Source: an uncultured Clostridia bacterium
Lineage (GTDB): Bacteria > Bacillota > Clostridia > Christensenellales > UBA3700
DNA: 64,000 bases
Direction of reading: 5' to 3'
NCBI GenBank assembly: GCA_944381275.1
Contig: CALWKO010000002.1
Span: 14,436-78,435, forward strand
In this document: positions 45,033 to 53,795 of the stretch, in pieces
Numbering within the stretch: position 1 is the stretch's first letter
How the letters are laid out: each line of letters opens with the position of its first letter
Program-made: the position numbers and the translations under genes
The notes under the pieces: generated by a model
The model's input: only the letters and a program-made list of their open reading frames with translations
What the model was told of the DNA's origin: nothing
The model's database searches: none

Positions 45033-46517
45033 TTATGCGCGAGATAAGGCTTCTTTCAGCACAAATTCGTCTATTTCGCTCTTATCGATGACTGCGGTGA
45101 AGCGCACCGCCCTTTGATCTAGTCCTTTGAGCGGTTCGGGAATTTCCGTGGCAGTGAGCTCACTGAGGTCTTTTGCTGCCTTATAGGGGTCGTCCTCGCG
45201 CCTGCCGTCCGCCGCTTCGAGTACGTCCGCGGGGAACTTATAGGGATTGGCGGTGGAAACTATCACGCACACCTTCCCCTCTTCTTCCTTGTGGTCGTTG
45301 TAAACGCCCGCGGCAACGGCGGTGTGGGGATCGATGAGATATCCGTATTCGTCGAAGTAATAGCTTATCGTCCGCTTGGTTTCCTCTTCGTCACAGCAGC
45401 CGCAATCGAAAAGCTCGCGCATGGCGGAAAGCTCCTTCTCGCTCACGGTATACACTCCGTCCTTTTTCAGCTCGTCCATACGGGCGGCGGTGAGCTTCCC
45501 GTCCCTGCCCGAATATTCAAAGAGCAGTCTTTCCAAGTTGGAAGAGATGATTATATCCATGGAAGGGCTTATCGTTTCCACGAATTTGCGGTGAGTATCG
45601 TACTTGCCCGTTTGGAAGAAATCGGTGAGCACCCTATTGGAGTTGGATGCGCAGATGAGCTTGCCCGCGGGCATACCCATACGCATGGCGTAATATGCCG
45701 CCAAGATGTCCCCGAAGTTGCCCGTGGGCACCACGAAGTCCGCCTTATCCCCTTCCTCTATCTCGCCCGCATTGAGCAGGTCGCAGTAGGCGGAGATGTA
45801 GTAAGCTATCTGGGGAGCGAGCCTGCCCCAATTTATGCTGTTTGCGGAAGAGAGCTTCCAGCCGCCCTCGGCGAGCTTTTCTGCCGCTTCCTTACTTGTG
45901 AATATGCGCTTGACGGCAGATTGAGCGTCGTCAAAATTGCCGTGAATGGCGCACACGCACACATTTTTGCCCTCCTGGGTGACCATCTGCCTGCGCTGCA
46001 TATCGGAAACGCCGTCCGAAGGATAGAACACGATTATGCCCGTGCCGTCCACGTCGCGGAACCCCTCCATCGCCGCCTTGCCCGTATCGCCTGAAGTAGC
46101 GGTCAAAATGAGTGTCTTGCCCTGCTCGCCCAGCTTCTTTTTGGAAGCGGTGAGCAGATGAGGGAGCATGGTGAGCGCCATATCCTTAAAAGCGCAGGTG
46201 GGACCGTGCCACAGCTCCAGGAAGAACTGCCCTTCGTCCACCTTGACCAGGGGGCAAGGGTCGTCGCCGTAAAACCTGCCATAGGCTTCCTTGGCAAAGC
46301 CGAGCAGCTCGTCATAGGAAAATTCGTCCAGGTAGAGGGAGAGCACATATGCCGCTCTCTCGGTGTACTCCATCTCCCTCAGCTTATTCCAATCTTCTTG
46401 AAAAAGCGCGGGGAAGGACGCGGGCACATAAAGTCCGCCGTCGGGGGCGATACCCTCGACAATCGCCTGTGCGCCGGAAACGACGCGATTTACATCTCTC
46501 GTGCTGATATATTTCAT
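45033..46517 (-). CDS. thrC: Threonine synthase
   Basis: Start taken at ATG 46517 (MKYISTRD). The track start at 46616 lies inside the upstream gene. Contains the PLP lysine region TCAFKDMAL, and GNFGD. Confidence 0.92.
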   Translation of the reverse strand: MKYISTRDVNRVVSGAQAIVEGIAPDGGLYVPASFPALFQEDWNKLREMEYTERAAYVLSLYLDEFSYDELLGFAKEAYGRFYGDDPCPLVKVDEGQFFLELWHGPTCAFKDMALTMLPHLLTASKKKLGEQGKTLILTATSGDTGKAAMEGFRDVDGTGIIVFYPSDGVSDMQRRQMVTQEGKNVCVCAIHGNFDDAQSAVKRIFTSKEAAEKLAEGGWKLSSANSINWGRLAPQIAYYISAYCDLLNAGEIEEGDKADFVVPTGNFGDILAAYYAMRMGMPAGKLICASNSNRVLTDFFQTGKYDTHRKFVETISPSMDIIISSNLERLLFEYSGRDGKLTAARMDELKKDGVYTVSEKELSAMRELFDCGCCDEEETKRTISYYFDEYGYLIDPHTAVAAGVYNDHKEEEGKVCVIVSTANPYKFPADVLEAADGRREDDPYKAAKDLSELTATEIPEPLKGLDQRAVRFTAVIDKSEIDEFVLKEALSRA

Positions 46518-46530
46518 ATTGCCCTCTTGA

Positions 46531-47934
46531 TCAATAATTTTCGCCCGTTGCGGCGTCGATGAGTTTCTTGTGCAGTTTGGGGTCGATGTGGCGCAGGATT
46601 TCGTCCATCTCCTCATCGCCCATGCAGGTATTCCTGCCCTTTGCGTAAAGGTCGTCGATACATTCCTTCATTTTGACCACTATTTCGTCCTTCTTGTCTA
46701 TCTCGTGGTCCTTGGGCAGCTTGTAGTAGCCGTTTATCCAATAGGCGATTCCCGCAAGTCCGCTGTGGCTGTCCACGGAAACGAGCGGCACGCGGTGGAG
46801 CAGCTTTTCCGTATTGAAGATGTTGTATATCTCCACGTCTTTGAGTAAGCCGTCGGCATGCACGCCGGCGCGGGTAGTGTTAAAATTGCGCCCCACAAAA
46901 GGCGTGCGGGGAGGAATGGAGTAGCCCATCTCTCTTTCAAAATAGTCGGCAATCTCCGTTATCACGGAGATGTCCATGCCGTCAGTGGTGCCGCGCAAGG
47001 AGGCGTACTCTATCACCATGGCTTCCAGCGGGCAGTTGCCCGTGCGCTCGCCTATGCCCAGCAAGGAGCAGTTCACGGAAGAACAGCCGTAAAGCCATGC
47101 CGTTGCGGAGTTGGTGACCACCTTGTAAAAGTCGTTATGCCCGTGCCATTCCAGCTGAGCGCTGGGCACCTGAGCATAGTACTTCAAACCCGCGATAATG
47201 CCGGGGACGGAACGGGGAAGCGTAACGCCGGGATAGCTTATGCCGTACCCCAAAGTGTCGCAAGCGCGTATCTTTACGGGTATGCCCGCCTCGCGGGAAA
47301 GCTTCATGAGCTCTATTGCAAATGGCACCACAAAGCCGTAAAAGTCGGCGCGCGTGATGTCTTCGAAGTGGCAGCGCGGCACGATCCCCTTAGAGAGCGC
47401 GTCCTTGACTATCCCCAAATACTGATCCGCTGCCTGGCGGCGGGTGAGATGCATCTTTTTGAAGATGTGGTAGTCGGAACAGCTCACCAAGATGCCCGTC
47501 TCCTTTATTCCCATCGATTTTACAAGGTCGAAGTCCTTCTTGTTCGCCCTTATCCAGCTGGTAACTTCGGGAAATTCAAAGCCGAGCTGCTGGCATTCTT
47601 CCACCGCTTTGCGGTCCTTTTCCGTATAGAGGAAAAACTCCGCCTGCCTGATCATGCCCTTTTTGCCGCCCAGCTTGTGCATGAGCTTGTAAAGGTCCAC
47701 TATCTGCTGCACGGTGAAAGGCGATGTGGATTGCTGTCCGTCACGGAAAGTGGTGTCCGTCATCCAAATCTCTTCGGGCATATCCATGGGGGTGTTCCTG
47801 AAGTTGAACGCCGTTTTGGGTATGCTGTCGTAGTCGTAAATCTCCCTGAACAGGTTGGGTTCACTTACGTCCTGCAACGTGGGTGACCAGTTCATATCGG
47901 TCAGTACGTTTCTGTGTGAGTCCATTCTGATCAT
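46531..47934 (-). CDS. HMGL-like (LeuA/NifV/Re-citrate synthase family) acyl-CoA:2-oxoacid condensing enzyme
   Basis: 467 aa. The DRE-TIM metallolyase signature is MTDTTFRDGQQS, plus HGHNDF. There is no LeuA-type C-terminal regulatory domain. Substrate specificity cannot be read from the sequence by eye. Confidence 0.8.
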   Translation of the reverse strand: MIRMDSHRNVLTDMNWSPTLQDVSEPNLFREIYDYDSIPKTAFNFRNTPMDMPEEIWMTDTTFRDGQQSTSPFTVQQIVDLYKLMHKLGGKKGMIRQAEFFLYTEKDRKAVEECQQLGFEFPEVTSWIRANKKDFDLVKSMGIKETGILVSCSDYHIFKKMHLTRRQAADQYLGIVKDALSKGIVPRCHFEDITRADFYGFVVPFAIELMKLSREAGIPVKIRACDTLGYGISYPGVTLPRSVPGIIAGLKYYAQVPSAQLEWHGHNDFYKVVTNSATAWLYGCSSVNCSLLGIGERTGNCPLEAMVIEYASLRGTTDGMDISVITEIADYFEREMGYSIPPRTPFVGRNFNTTRAGVHADGLLKDVEIYNIFNTEKLLHRVPLVSVDSHSGLAGIAYWINGYYKLPKDHEIDKKDEIVVKMKECIDDLYAKGRNTCMGDEEMDEILRHIDPKLHKKLIDAATGENY

Positions 47935-47949
47935 ACTCTCATCCTCCGA

Positions 47950-49017
47950 TTAATTCTCGTTATTAAGGCGGGCGGTCTGATCAGCCTCTCTCAAGGCTTC
48001 GATCATCTCGCCGATATCTCCGTCTAAAAATGCGTCGAGCGAATACAATGTCATGCCTATGCGGTGGTCGGTCACTCTGCCCTGCGGATAGTTGTAAGTC
48101 CTTATCCTCTCCGACCTGTCGCCCGTGCCCACCTGCATGCGCCTGTTTTGAGCATACTCGCTCTCCTGCAAACTGCGGTAGTGGTCGTAAAGGCGTGCTT
48201 TAAGCACCTGCATCGCGCTCTCGCGGTTCTTTATTTGACTGCGCTCGTTTTGGCACTCCACCACGATCCCGGTGGGGATATGGGTGATACGCACGGCGGA
48301 TTCCGTCTTGTTAACGTGCTGTCCGCCCGCGCCGCTGGAACGATAGTAGTCTATCTTCAAATCCTTTTCGTTTATTTCCACATCCACGTCCTTCACCTCC
48401 GGGAGCACCGCCACGGTGACGGTGGACGTGTGTATTCTGCCCTGCGATTCCGTCTGCGGCACGCGTTGCACGCGATGCACGCCGCTTTCGTATTTGAGCA
48501 TGGAAAACGCGCCTTTGCCGGAGATCATGAAAACGCTCTCCTTGACTCCGCCCAAGTCCGTTTCGTTTATGCTCAGCTGTTCGCACTTCCAGCGCATGCG
48601 CTCGGCGTAGCGGGTATACATGCGCTGAAGCACCGCTCCGAAGAGCCCCGCTTCCTCGCCGCCCGCGCCCGCGCGGATTTCTATTATAACGTTCTTGTTG
48701 TCGTCCGGGTCGGCGGGGAGAAGCTGCTTTTTTATCTTTATTTCCAGCTCGCCGCGCTGTTTTTTCAGCTCTTCCAAGTCGGATTTTGCCAGTTCTGAAA
48801 GTTCTTCGTCCTCGCCGCTCTTTATTATCTCTTCACACCCTTCTATATCGGAAAGCAGCTTTTTATATTCGCCGTAAAGCCCCATCACCTCTTCGTAATC
48901 GGAATGCTCTTTGGCGTACTTCTGCCACTGCTCCCTGTCCGAAATAACGTCGGGATCGGCGAGCAGGCGCGCAAGCTCCTTATACCTCTTTTCTATTTCT
49001 TCCAATTTCTCCGTCAT
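47950..49017 (-). CDS. prfA: Peptide chain release factor 1
   Basis: 355 aa. Contains [14 protein letters not shown] (the RF1-type PxT region) and [19 protein letters not shown] (GGQ). Confidence 0.97.
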   Translation of the reverse strand: MTEKLEEIEKRYKELARLLADPDVISDREQWQKYAKEHSDYEEVMGLYGEYKKLLSDIEGCEEIIKSGEDEELSELAKSDLEELKKQRGELEIKIKKQLLPADPDDNKNVIIEIRAGAGGEEAGLFGAVLQRMYTRYAERMRWKCEQLSINETDLGGVKESVFMISGKGAFSMLKYESGVHRVQRVPQTESQGRIHTSTVTVAVLPEVKDVDVEINEKDLKIDYYRSSGAGGQHVNKTESAVRITHIPTGIVVECQNERSQIKNRESAMQVLKARLYDHYRSLQESEYAQNRRMQVGTGDRSERIRTYNYPQGRVTDHRIGMTLYSLDAFLDGDIGEMIEALREADQTARLNNEN

Positions 49018-50828
49018 AACTTAACTCCGCAAACTATCCTATCTATCCCCTGCATATCCTTTATTATCTTCGTATCGAATCCCTTGAGCATATCCGCAAC
49101 CGCCTGCGCTTGCCCTATGCCCGCTTCGAGGAAGATCCTTCCGCCGGGCGCGAGGTATTCGCCCGCCTTTTCCGCGATTATCCGGTAAAAGTCCAGCCCG
49201 TCTTCCCCGCCGTCGAGCGCGAGCGCGGGTTCGTGATCCTTCACTTCCCTGTCCAGCCCCGATATGTCTGCGGTGGGGATGTAGGGGGGATTGCTGATTA
49301 TCACGCCGAATGTGCCCGTTATGCCCTCGAACATATCAGAATGCACAAACTCTATCTTATCGTCAACCTTATTTTTCACGGCGTTGGATTGCGCCAGCTT
49401 GAGCGCTTCTTCAGAAATGTCGGAAGCTACCACGTGCGCGCCCGTCTTAACCGCCACGGCGATGGCGATACAGCCGCTTCCCGTGCACAGGTCGAGCACG
49501 CGCGAATTTTCCGATATGTGCTTTACCGCCTCGCACACCAACTCTTCCGTTTCGGGACGGGGGCAGAGCACGTTTTTGTTTATATCTATCTCGTATCCGT
49601 AAAAGTCCGCGTTGCCTATTATCTGCCACAGGGGTTCGCCCTGCTGCCTGCGGCGCGCCATATCCAAAAGCTCCTCGACTTTGGAATGGCGGATATAGGT
49701 GAGATGTTCTAAATCCGAGCGTTTCTTGCCCGTCACATGGCAGATCATCCAATCCACGTCCGCCTTGTCCTCGACCATTTCTTCCAGCTTCTTGCGCACA
49801 TGGGTGTACAGCTCGTTGGTGTCGAAGGTGAGCTCGGGCAGATTGGGATCCGCGTCCATTGCCATAACGGTGGTGAATGCGGCAATAGCCACCTCCACCA
49901 TGTCGTCGTCCGGCTGACGGGTGGTGAGTTTTTGCATGAGTTTGCCGGGGAATTTGAGCGCGCGCACTAAGGCGTTATCGAACTTGGCGAGGAATTTGAG
50001 CACCTCGTAACTTATACCCATGATGGGCAAAAGCAGAAGCAATCTCCAGCCGAAGTCGGCAAGGAACCCTACTACGCCGTTTGGTGCCCAGTCCGCGTCC
50101 AAACCGCAGACAAGTTCCACATCGCACACGGAGAGCACGAGCACGCCTATCAGCATAACCAGCACCATGAAGGTGGTGCCGCAGCGGTCGTGATAGGTGC
50201 TCATGGTCTGCACACTCTTCACGTCGAGCGGCAGCTCGTTTTCGTAAGCGCTTATCGTCTTATGCTCCGCGCCGTGGTACATGTATGTGCGGCGGATATC
50301 CTTCATCAGCGAAGTCAAAAAGATATATAGAATGAAGATGACAAGCCTTATCACTCCCTCTAAAAAGTTGAGGCCTATATTCACGCCCACGCTCCCCTTG
50401 CTTGCTTCGGGGATGAGCGCTTCCACGCCGTTCCTGCAAAGAAGGGGCAGAAACACGAAGAGCGCCACCGCAAGAGCCACGCCGAGCAGGACGGAGATGA
50501 ACATCACCACGCTGTATATGTCCACCTTAAAGGTTTTAGCGAGCCACTTTTCGAACTTAGAAGGTTCGCCCTCCTCGTCGCCGAACACCTCGCCGCTGCG
50601 CATGAGCGTTTTTATGCCCACGACCATCGAACCGAAGAAGTTGAGCACGCCGCGGATTATGGGGATGCGGTAGAGGATATTCTTGTCCTTCACGGGCTTG
50701 ATATATCTGCTCTCTACGGCGATTCCGCCCTCTTCCAGGCGCACTGCGGTGGCGATGCTGCGCTCGCCGCGCATCATCACGCCCTCTATGACTGCCTGTC
50801 CACCGATTTTACTGCTTCTTTTCCTCAT
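49014..50828 (-). CDS. prmC: Fusion protein: DUF1385 (YqhQ-like membrane domain) plus release-factor glutamine N5-methyltransferase PrmC/HemK
   Basis: 604 aa in one frame. The N-terminal [19 protein letters not shown] and several TM segments fit DUF1385. The C-terminal [29 protein letters not shown] and ISNPPY fit PrmC. Overlaps prfA by 4 nt. Confidence 0.85.
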   Translation of the reverse strand: MRKRSSKIGGQAVIEGVMMRGERSIATAVRLEEGGIAVESRYIKPVKDKNILYRIPIIRGVLNFFGSMVVGIKTLMRSGEVFGDEEGEPSKFEKWLAKTFKVDIYSVVMFISVLLGVALAVALFVFLPLLCRNGVEALIPEASKGSVGVNIGLNFLEGVIRLVIFILYIFLTSLMKDIRRTYMYHGAEHKTISAYENELPLDVKSVQTMSTYHDRCGTTFMVLVMLIGVLVLSVCDVELVCGLDADWAPNGVVGFLADFGWRLLLLLPIMGISYEVLKFLAKFDNALVRALKFPGKLMQKLTTRQPDDDMVEVAIAAFTTVMAMDADPNLPELTFDTNELYTHVRKKLEEMVEDKADVDWMICHVTGKKRSDLEHLTYIRHSKVEELLDMARRRQQGEPLWQIIGNADFYGYEIDINKNVLCPRPETEELVCEAVKHISENSRVLDLCTGSGCIAIAVAVKTGAHVVASDISEEALKLAQSNAVKNKVDDKIEFVHSDMFEGITGTFGVIISNPPYIPTADISGLDREVKDHEPALALDGGEDGLDFYRIIAEKAGEYLAPGGRIFLEAGIGQAQAVADMLKGFDTKIIKDMQGIDRIVCGVKL

Positions 50829-50891
50829 ATAATGCTATTTAATACTCGCGCGCGGAATATAAACGAACAAGCGTATTGCTACGCTTGCACG

Positions 50892-50926
50892 AAAAATAAA
50901 GTGCAAAGAAAAGCTCTTTGCACTTT
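50892..50926 (-). terminator. Rho-independent terminator after rpmE
   Basis: The minus strand reads AAAGTGCAAAGA-GCTT-TTCTTTGCACTTT followed by ATTTTT. A second hairpin (CAAGCGTA-GCAA-TACGCTTG, 50868-50889) follows. Confidence 0.85.
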
Positions 50927-50937
50927 GGCAAAAATTC

Positions 50938-51147
50938 CTACTTGTTGCGGTTGAAACGCTTGTTGAACTTTTCCACCCTGCCGCCGGTGTCCACAAGTTT
51001 TTGCTTGCCGGTGAAGTAAGGATGGCACTTGTTGCAAACTTCCACTTTGATCACGTCGCCCTTCTTGGTGGTGCCGCACACGAACTTGGATCCGCAAGCG
51101 CACTCGAAGACGGCGTCATGATATTCAGGCTGTATATTCTCGTTCAT
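50938..51147 (-). CDS. rpmE: 50S ribosomal protein L31 (Zn-binding type A)
   Basis: 69 aa. Contains CACGSKF...[12 protein letters not shown]. Confidence 0.95.
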   Translation of the reverse strand: MNENIQPEYHDAVFECACGSKFVCGTTKKGDVIKVEVCNKCHPYFTGKQKLVDTGGRVEKFNKRFNRNK

Positions 51148-51180
51148 ATTATCACCTCATGAATCTTTATTGCGTAGTCA

Positions 51181-51209
51181 ATTATACATACTTTCGCGGG
51201 GCAAGTCAA
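51181..51209 (-). promoter_or_regulatory. Sigma-70 promoter (TTGACT-17-TATAAT) for rpmE
   Basis: The minus strand reads TTGACT, then TGCCCCGCGAAAGTATG (17 nt), then TATAAT. It lies 33 nt upstream of the ATG and its GAGGTG SD. Confidence 0.7.
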
Positions 51210-51308
51210 GCATAAAAGCGTTTTATTTGAAAAAATATGCTTAAAACGGGATTTGCGGCGATTTATCGTAAAAATCGCCCTGCTGCAAGTAAAATAAAAT
51301 TGAAATTA

Positions 51309-51334
51309 CACCTTGATATTTACCGCTCAAGGTG
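51309..51334. promoter_or_regulatory. 8-bp palindrome CACCTTGA-N10-TCAAGGTG overlapping the -35 and spacer of the plus-strand promoter (candidate operator)
   Basis: The arms lie at 51309-51316 and 51327-51334 and are perfect reverse complements. The left arm contains the first four bases of the -35. Confidence 0.5.
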
Positions 51335-51341
51335 CTATAAT
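51313..51341 (+). promoter_or_regulatory. Sigma-70 promoter (TTGATA-17-TATAAT, extended TGc) for the MDR-like gene
   Basis: The plus strand reads TTGATA, then TTTACCGCTCAAGGTGC (17 nt), then TATAAT. It lies 38 nt upstream of ATG 51380 and its GGAGA SD. Confidence 0.7.
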
Positions 51342-51379
51342 GGTGATACTTGATACGTTGACTTTACCGAGGAGATTAT

Positions 51380-52354
51380 ATGAATTACTGGATTTTCGAC
51401 GGAGATTGCAAAGCGAGGATGGTGCAGGAAGAGGACGTTGAGGACATCAACGCCTGCAATAAGTGCGGCGCCGCTTCCGCAAGGGTGAAGATCATCCGCG
51501 CAAGCATCGACAACAGCGACATCTATGCCTACACACGCTCCGGCGGCGAAAGCGTAGTGCCCTCGTCTTCCGCAGCTGCCCTTGTGAGCAAGTGCCTTTC
51601 CGGGGAGTTCAAAAGCGGTCAGCGCGTATTCCTTTCCTGTTACAGCAAGATTCATGCCGACACGAGGGGTACGGGATATCTGCGCGACTATATGTGCGCT
51701 CCCACAGATAATCTTTACGAATTGCCCGATTCCATAGCCGATAACGACGTGGTGTTTATCGATACGATAGCAAAGGCGTGTAACCTGATAGACAAGCTGG
51801 ACATAAAACCCGCGCAGACGGTGATCATCAACGGTGTTTCCGTAATCAATCTTATAATAGCCCAACTGCTGCGCTACCACCAGGCTCTGCCGATAATGAT
51901 CGACAGCGACGACGACAAGCTCGCCCTCGCCCAAGATCTGGGGGTGGATTTCATAATAAACAGCGCGCAGGAAAACGTGCCCTATATGGTGAAGAGCTTC
52001 ACATCCGGCAAGATGGCAAACGCCCTTGTGGTGGATTTGGACATTTTGGCAGACCTCGACGAGCTGCCCTACTGCCTTGCTATGGGCGGCAAGATAGCTC
52101 TTGTGAACGCAAACAGCGCGGTTAAATGCTTCAAAATAGACTTTGTAAACATCTTGAGCCGCGAGCTCTCCATCTTCGGAATAAAGGACGGCGACGGCAA
52201 AGTTTCCATGGCGATAAATCTGCTCGCCATGAACAAAGTGAAGGTTTCGCCCCTCATAGGCGAAGTGGTGGGCTTTGCGGGCGTGCCCGAGCTCATGCAA
52301 AAGCAGGAAGGAAAGCTCTCGTGCAAGATGAACATAGTCAAGTGCAACAGCTAG
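51380..52354 (+). CDS. Medium-chain dehydrogenase/reductase (zinc-ADH-like) family protein with degenerate catalytic and cofactor motifs
   Basis: 324 aa. The overall MDR layout is present (GQRVF..., PDSIADNDVVFIDTIAKA, KPAQTVIINGVSVINLIIAQLL, LAQDLGVDFIIN, GGKIALV). The GHE zinc-ligand motif is absent and GxGxxG is replaced by NGVSVIN. It has its own promoter and SD. The 321-aa minus-strand ORF 51335-52300 is its shadow. Confidence 0.7.
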   Translation: MNYWIFDGDCKARMVQEEDVEDINACNKCGAASARVKIIRASIDNSDIYAYTRSGGESVVPSSSAAALVSKCLSGEFKSGQRVFLSCYSKIHADTRGTGYLRDYMCAPTDNLYELPDSIADNDVVFIDTIAKACNLIDKLDIKPAQTVIINGVSVINLIIAQLLRYHQALPIMIDSDDDKLALAQDLGVDFIINSAQENVPYMVKSFTSGKMANALVVDLDILADLDELPYCLAMGGKIALVNANSAVKCFKIDFVNILSRELSIFGIKDGDGKVSMAINLLAMNKVKVSPLIGEVVGFAGVPELMQKQEGKLSCKMNIVKCNS

Positions 52355-53696
52355 CCTTATCTGCCGCGCGCCACACGGTGCCCGCTCCCATTACCAAGAG
52401 TACATCCCCCGCCGCAGTCTTGCCGCAAGCAAGTTCCGCGGCTTTTTCGTAATCGCGCGCATAGTGCGCCGAGGTATGTCCAAAGACCGATAAATGCCTG
52501 TATAAGTCATAACCGCTCCCCGCGGGGGTGTATTCTTCCCTCGCCTTGTATGCGGGCAGGATTATCACCTCGTCGGCAAGTGAAAGCGCGGCGACAAACT
52601 CTTTCATCAGCGCGCGGGTGCGAGAGAAGGTGTGCGGTTCGAACACCGCTACCACCTTGTTTTTGCAAGTTTGCCTTGCGGTGGTTATAGCCGCCTCTAT
52701 CTCCCCGGGATGATGGGCGTAATCGTAGATGACGCTCGCTCCCTTTGCCGTCTTTCCCTTATGCTCGTATCTGCCCTTCACCCCACAAAACGCGCTCAGT
52801 GCAGAAGCGCATATGTCGTCGCCAATCCCGCACTCGCTCGCCGCGGCGTACGCCGCCAAGGCATTGGCGATGTTGTGCTTGCCCTCCACTTTCAATTCCA
52901 CCGGCGCGCGCTTTACTCCGCAGCGGGTCAGGAAGAAGGAATACCTTCCGTTCTTGAACGTCACCTCTTCGGGATATACGTCCGCGCCGCGGGTATAACC
53001 AAAAGTAGTGACCCTGCGCCCCGTTAAATCCAGCTTGCCTTCGTCGGGAGCAAAACACACCACGCAGCCGTCCTTAGAGGTGTTTTCGATCAGTTTATTG
53101 TAAGCCTGCACCATATCGTCCATATCTCGATAGCAGTCGGGGTGGTCGAATTGCAAGTTCAAAACGGCGGTCACATAGGGCGATAAGGTGAGAAAACTGC
53201 GGTTGTATTCACACGCTTCCGTAACAAACCAATCCGTTCCGCAGGTGATGAGTCCTCCGCTTTTGCCCTTTTCTTCCCCGCCGATATGCCCGGTGAAAGA
53301 TTCGCCCGCGCGGGAGAATATGTCGCAAAGCATGGCGGTGACGGTGGTTTTGCCGTGCGTACCGGCGATTGCCACCGTTCGTTTGAATTTCTTCGAGAGC
53401 AGCCCTAAGAATGCTTTTCTTTCCAATGTGGGAATATGCTGTGCCCTGGCGGCGGCAAGCTGAGGATGAAAATAAGGGATTGCGGCGGAATATACCACCG
53501 CGTCGCACTCGCCTATAAAGTCGGTGTAACCGGAAGGGAGAATATGTACACCGCAGCTTTTTAAATCCTGCAAGTCGAGCTCCTTATTGTCGTCGCTCCC
53601 CGTGACCAAAACGCCCTGCATGGCGCAAAAGCGGGCGAGCGAACGCATGCTCACCCCGCCCACTCCCACAAAATGAATATTTTTAACATCGTCCAT
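52338..53696 (-). CDS. murC: UDP-N-acetylmuramate--L-alanine ligase
   Basis: 452 aa. Contains IHFVGVGGVSMRSLA, AGTHGKTTV and the Mur ligase middle and C-terminal domains. Confidence 0.95.
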   Translation of the reverse strand: MDDVKNIHFVGVGGVSMRSLARFCAMQGVLVTGSDDNKELDLQDLKSCGVHILPSGYTDFIGECDAVVYSAAIPYFHPQLAAARAQHIPTLERKAFLGLLSKKFKRTVAIAGTHGKTTVTAMLCDIFSRAGESFTGHIGGEEKGKSGGLITCGTDWFVTEACEYNRSFLTLSPYVTAVLNLQFDHPDCYRDMDDMVQAYNKLIENTSKDGCVVCFAPDEGKLDLTGRRVTTFGYTRGADVYPEEVTFKNGRYSFFLTRCGVKRAPVELKVEGKHNIANALAAYAAASECGIGDDICASALSAFCGVKGRYEHKGKTAKGASVIYDYAHHPGEIEAAITTARQTCKNKVVAVFEPHTFSRTRALMKEFVAALSLADEVIILPAYKAREEYTPAGSGYDLYRHLSVFGHTSAHYARDYEKAAELACGKTAAGDVLLVMGAGTVWRAADKASCCT

Positions 53697-53742
53697 ACCT
53701 CATTATATGCGCCCGCACTCCCGCCTTTGCACACGGCGAAGC

Positions 53743-53776
53743 AATAAAAATGCGCCCCACCTTTATAGTGCGGCGC
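53743..53776 (-). terminator. Rho-independent terminator after the FGGY kinase gene (end of the 5-gene operon)
   Basis: The minus strand reads GCGCCGCAC-TATAAAG-GTGGGGCGC followed by ATTTTTATT. The 9-bp stem has one mismatch. Confidence 0.7.
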
Positions 53777-53795
53777 GGCGCGTGAGATATTTATT

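Noticed and set aside
51210-51300. Two hairpins (AAGCATA-N21-TATGCTT and GGCGATTT-ATCGTAA-AAATCGCC) between the divergent rpmE and MDR-like promoters
   Set aside because: - The stems are short and AT-rich or lack a flanking U tract.
- They lie upstream of both promoters, so they are not in any predicted transcript.
- There is insufficient evidence for a function.
51335-52300. 321-aa minus-strand ORF opposite the MDR-like gene
   Set aside because: - It is His/Val/Gly-rich with no recognisable motif and no SD.
- Its 3' end overlaps the plus-strand promoter (51313-51341).
- The plus-strand frame has a consensus promoter, a GGAGA SD and MDR-family collinearity.
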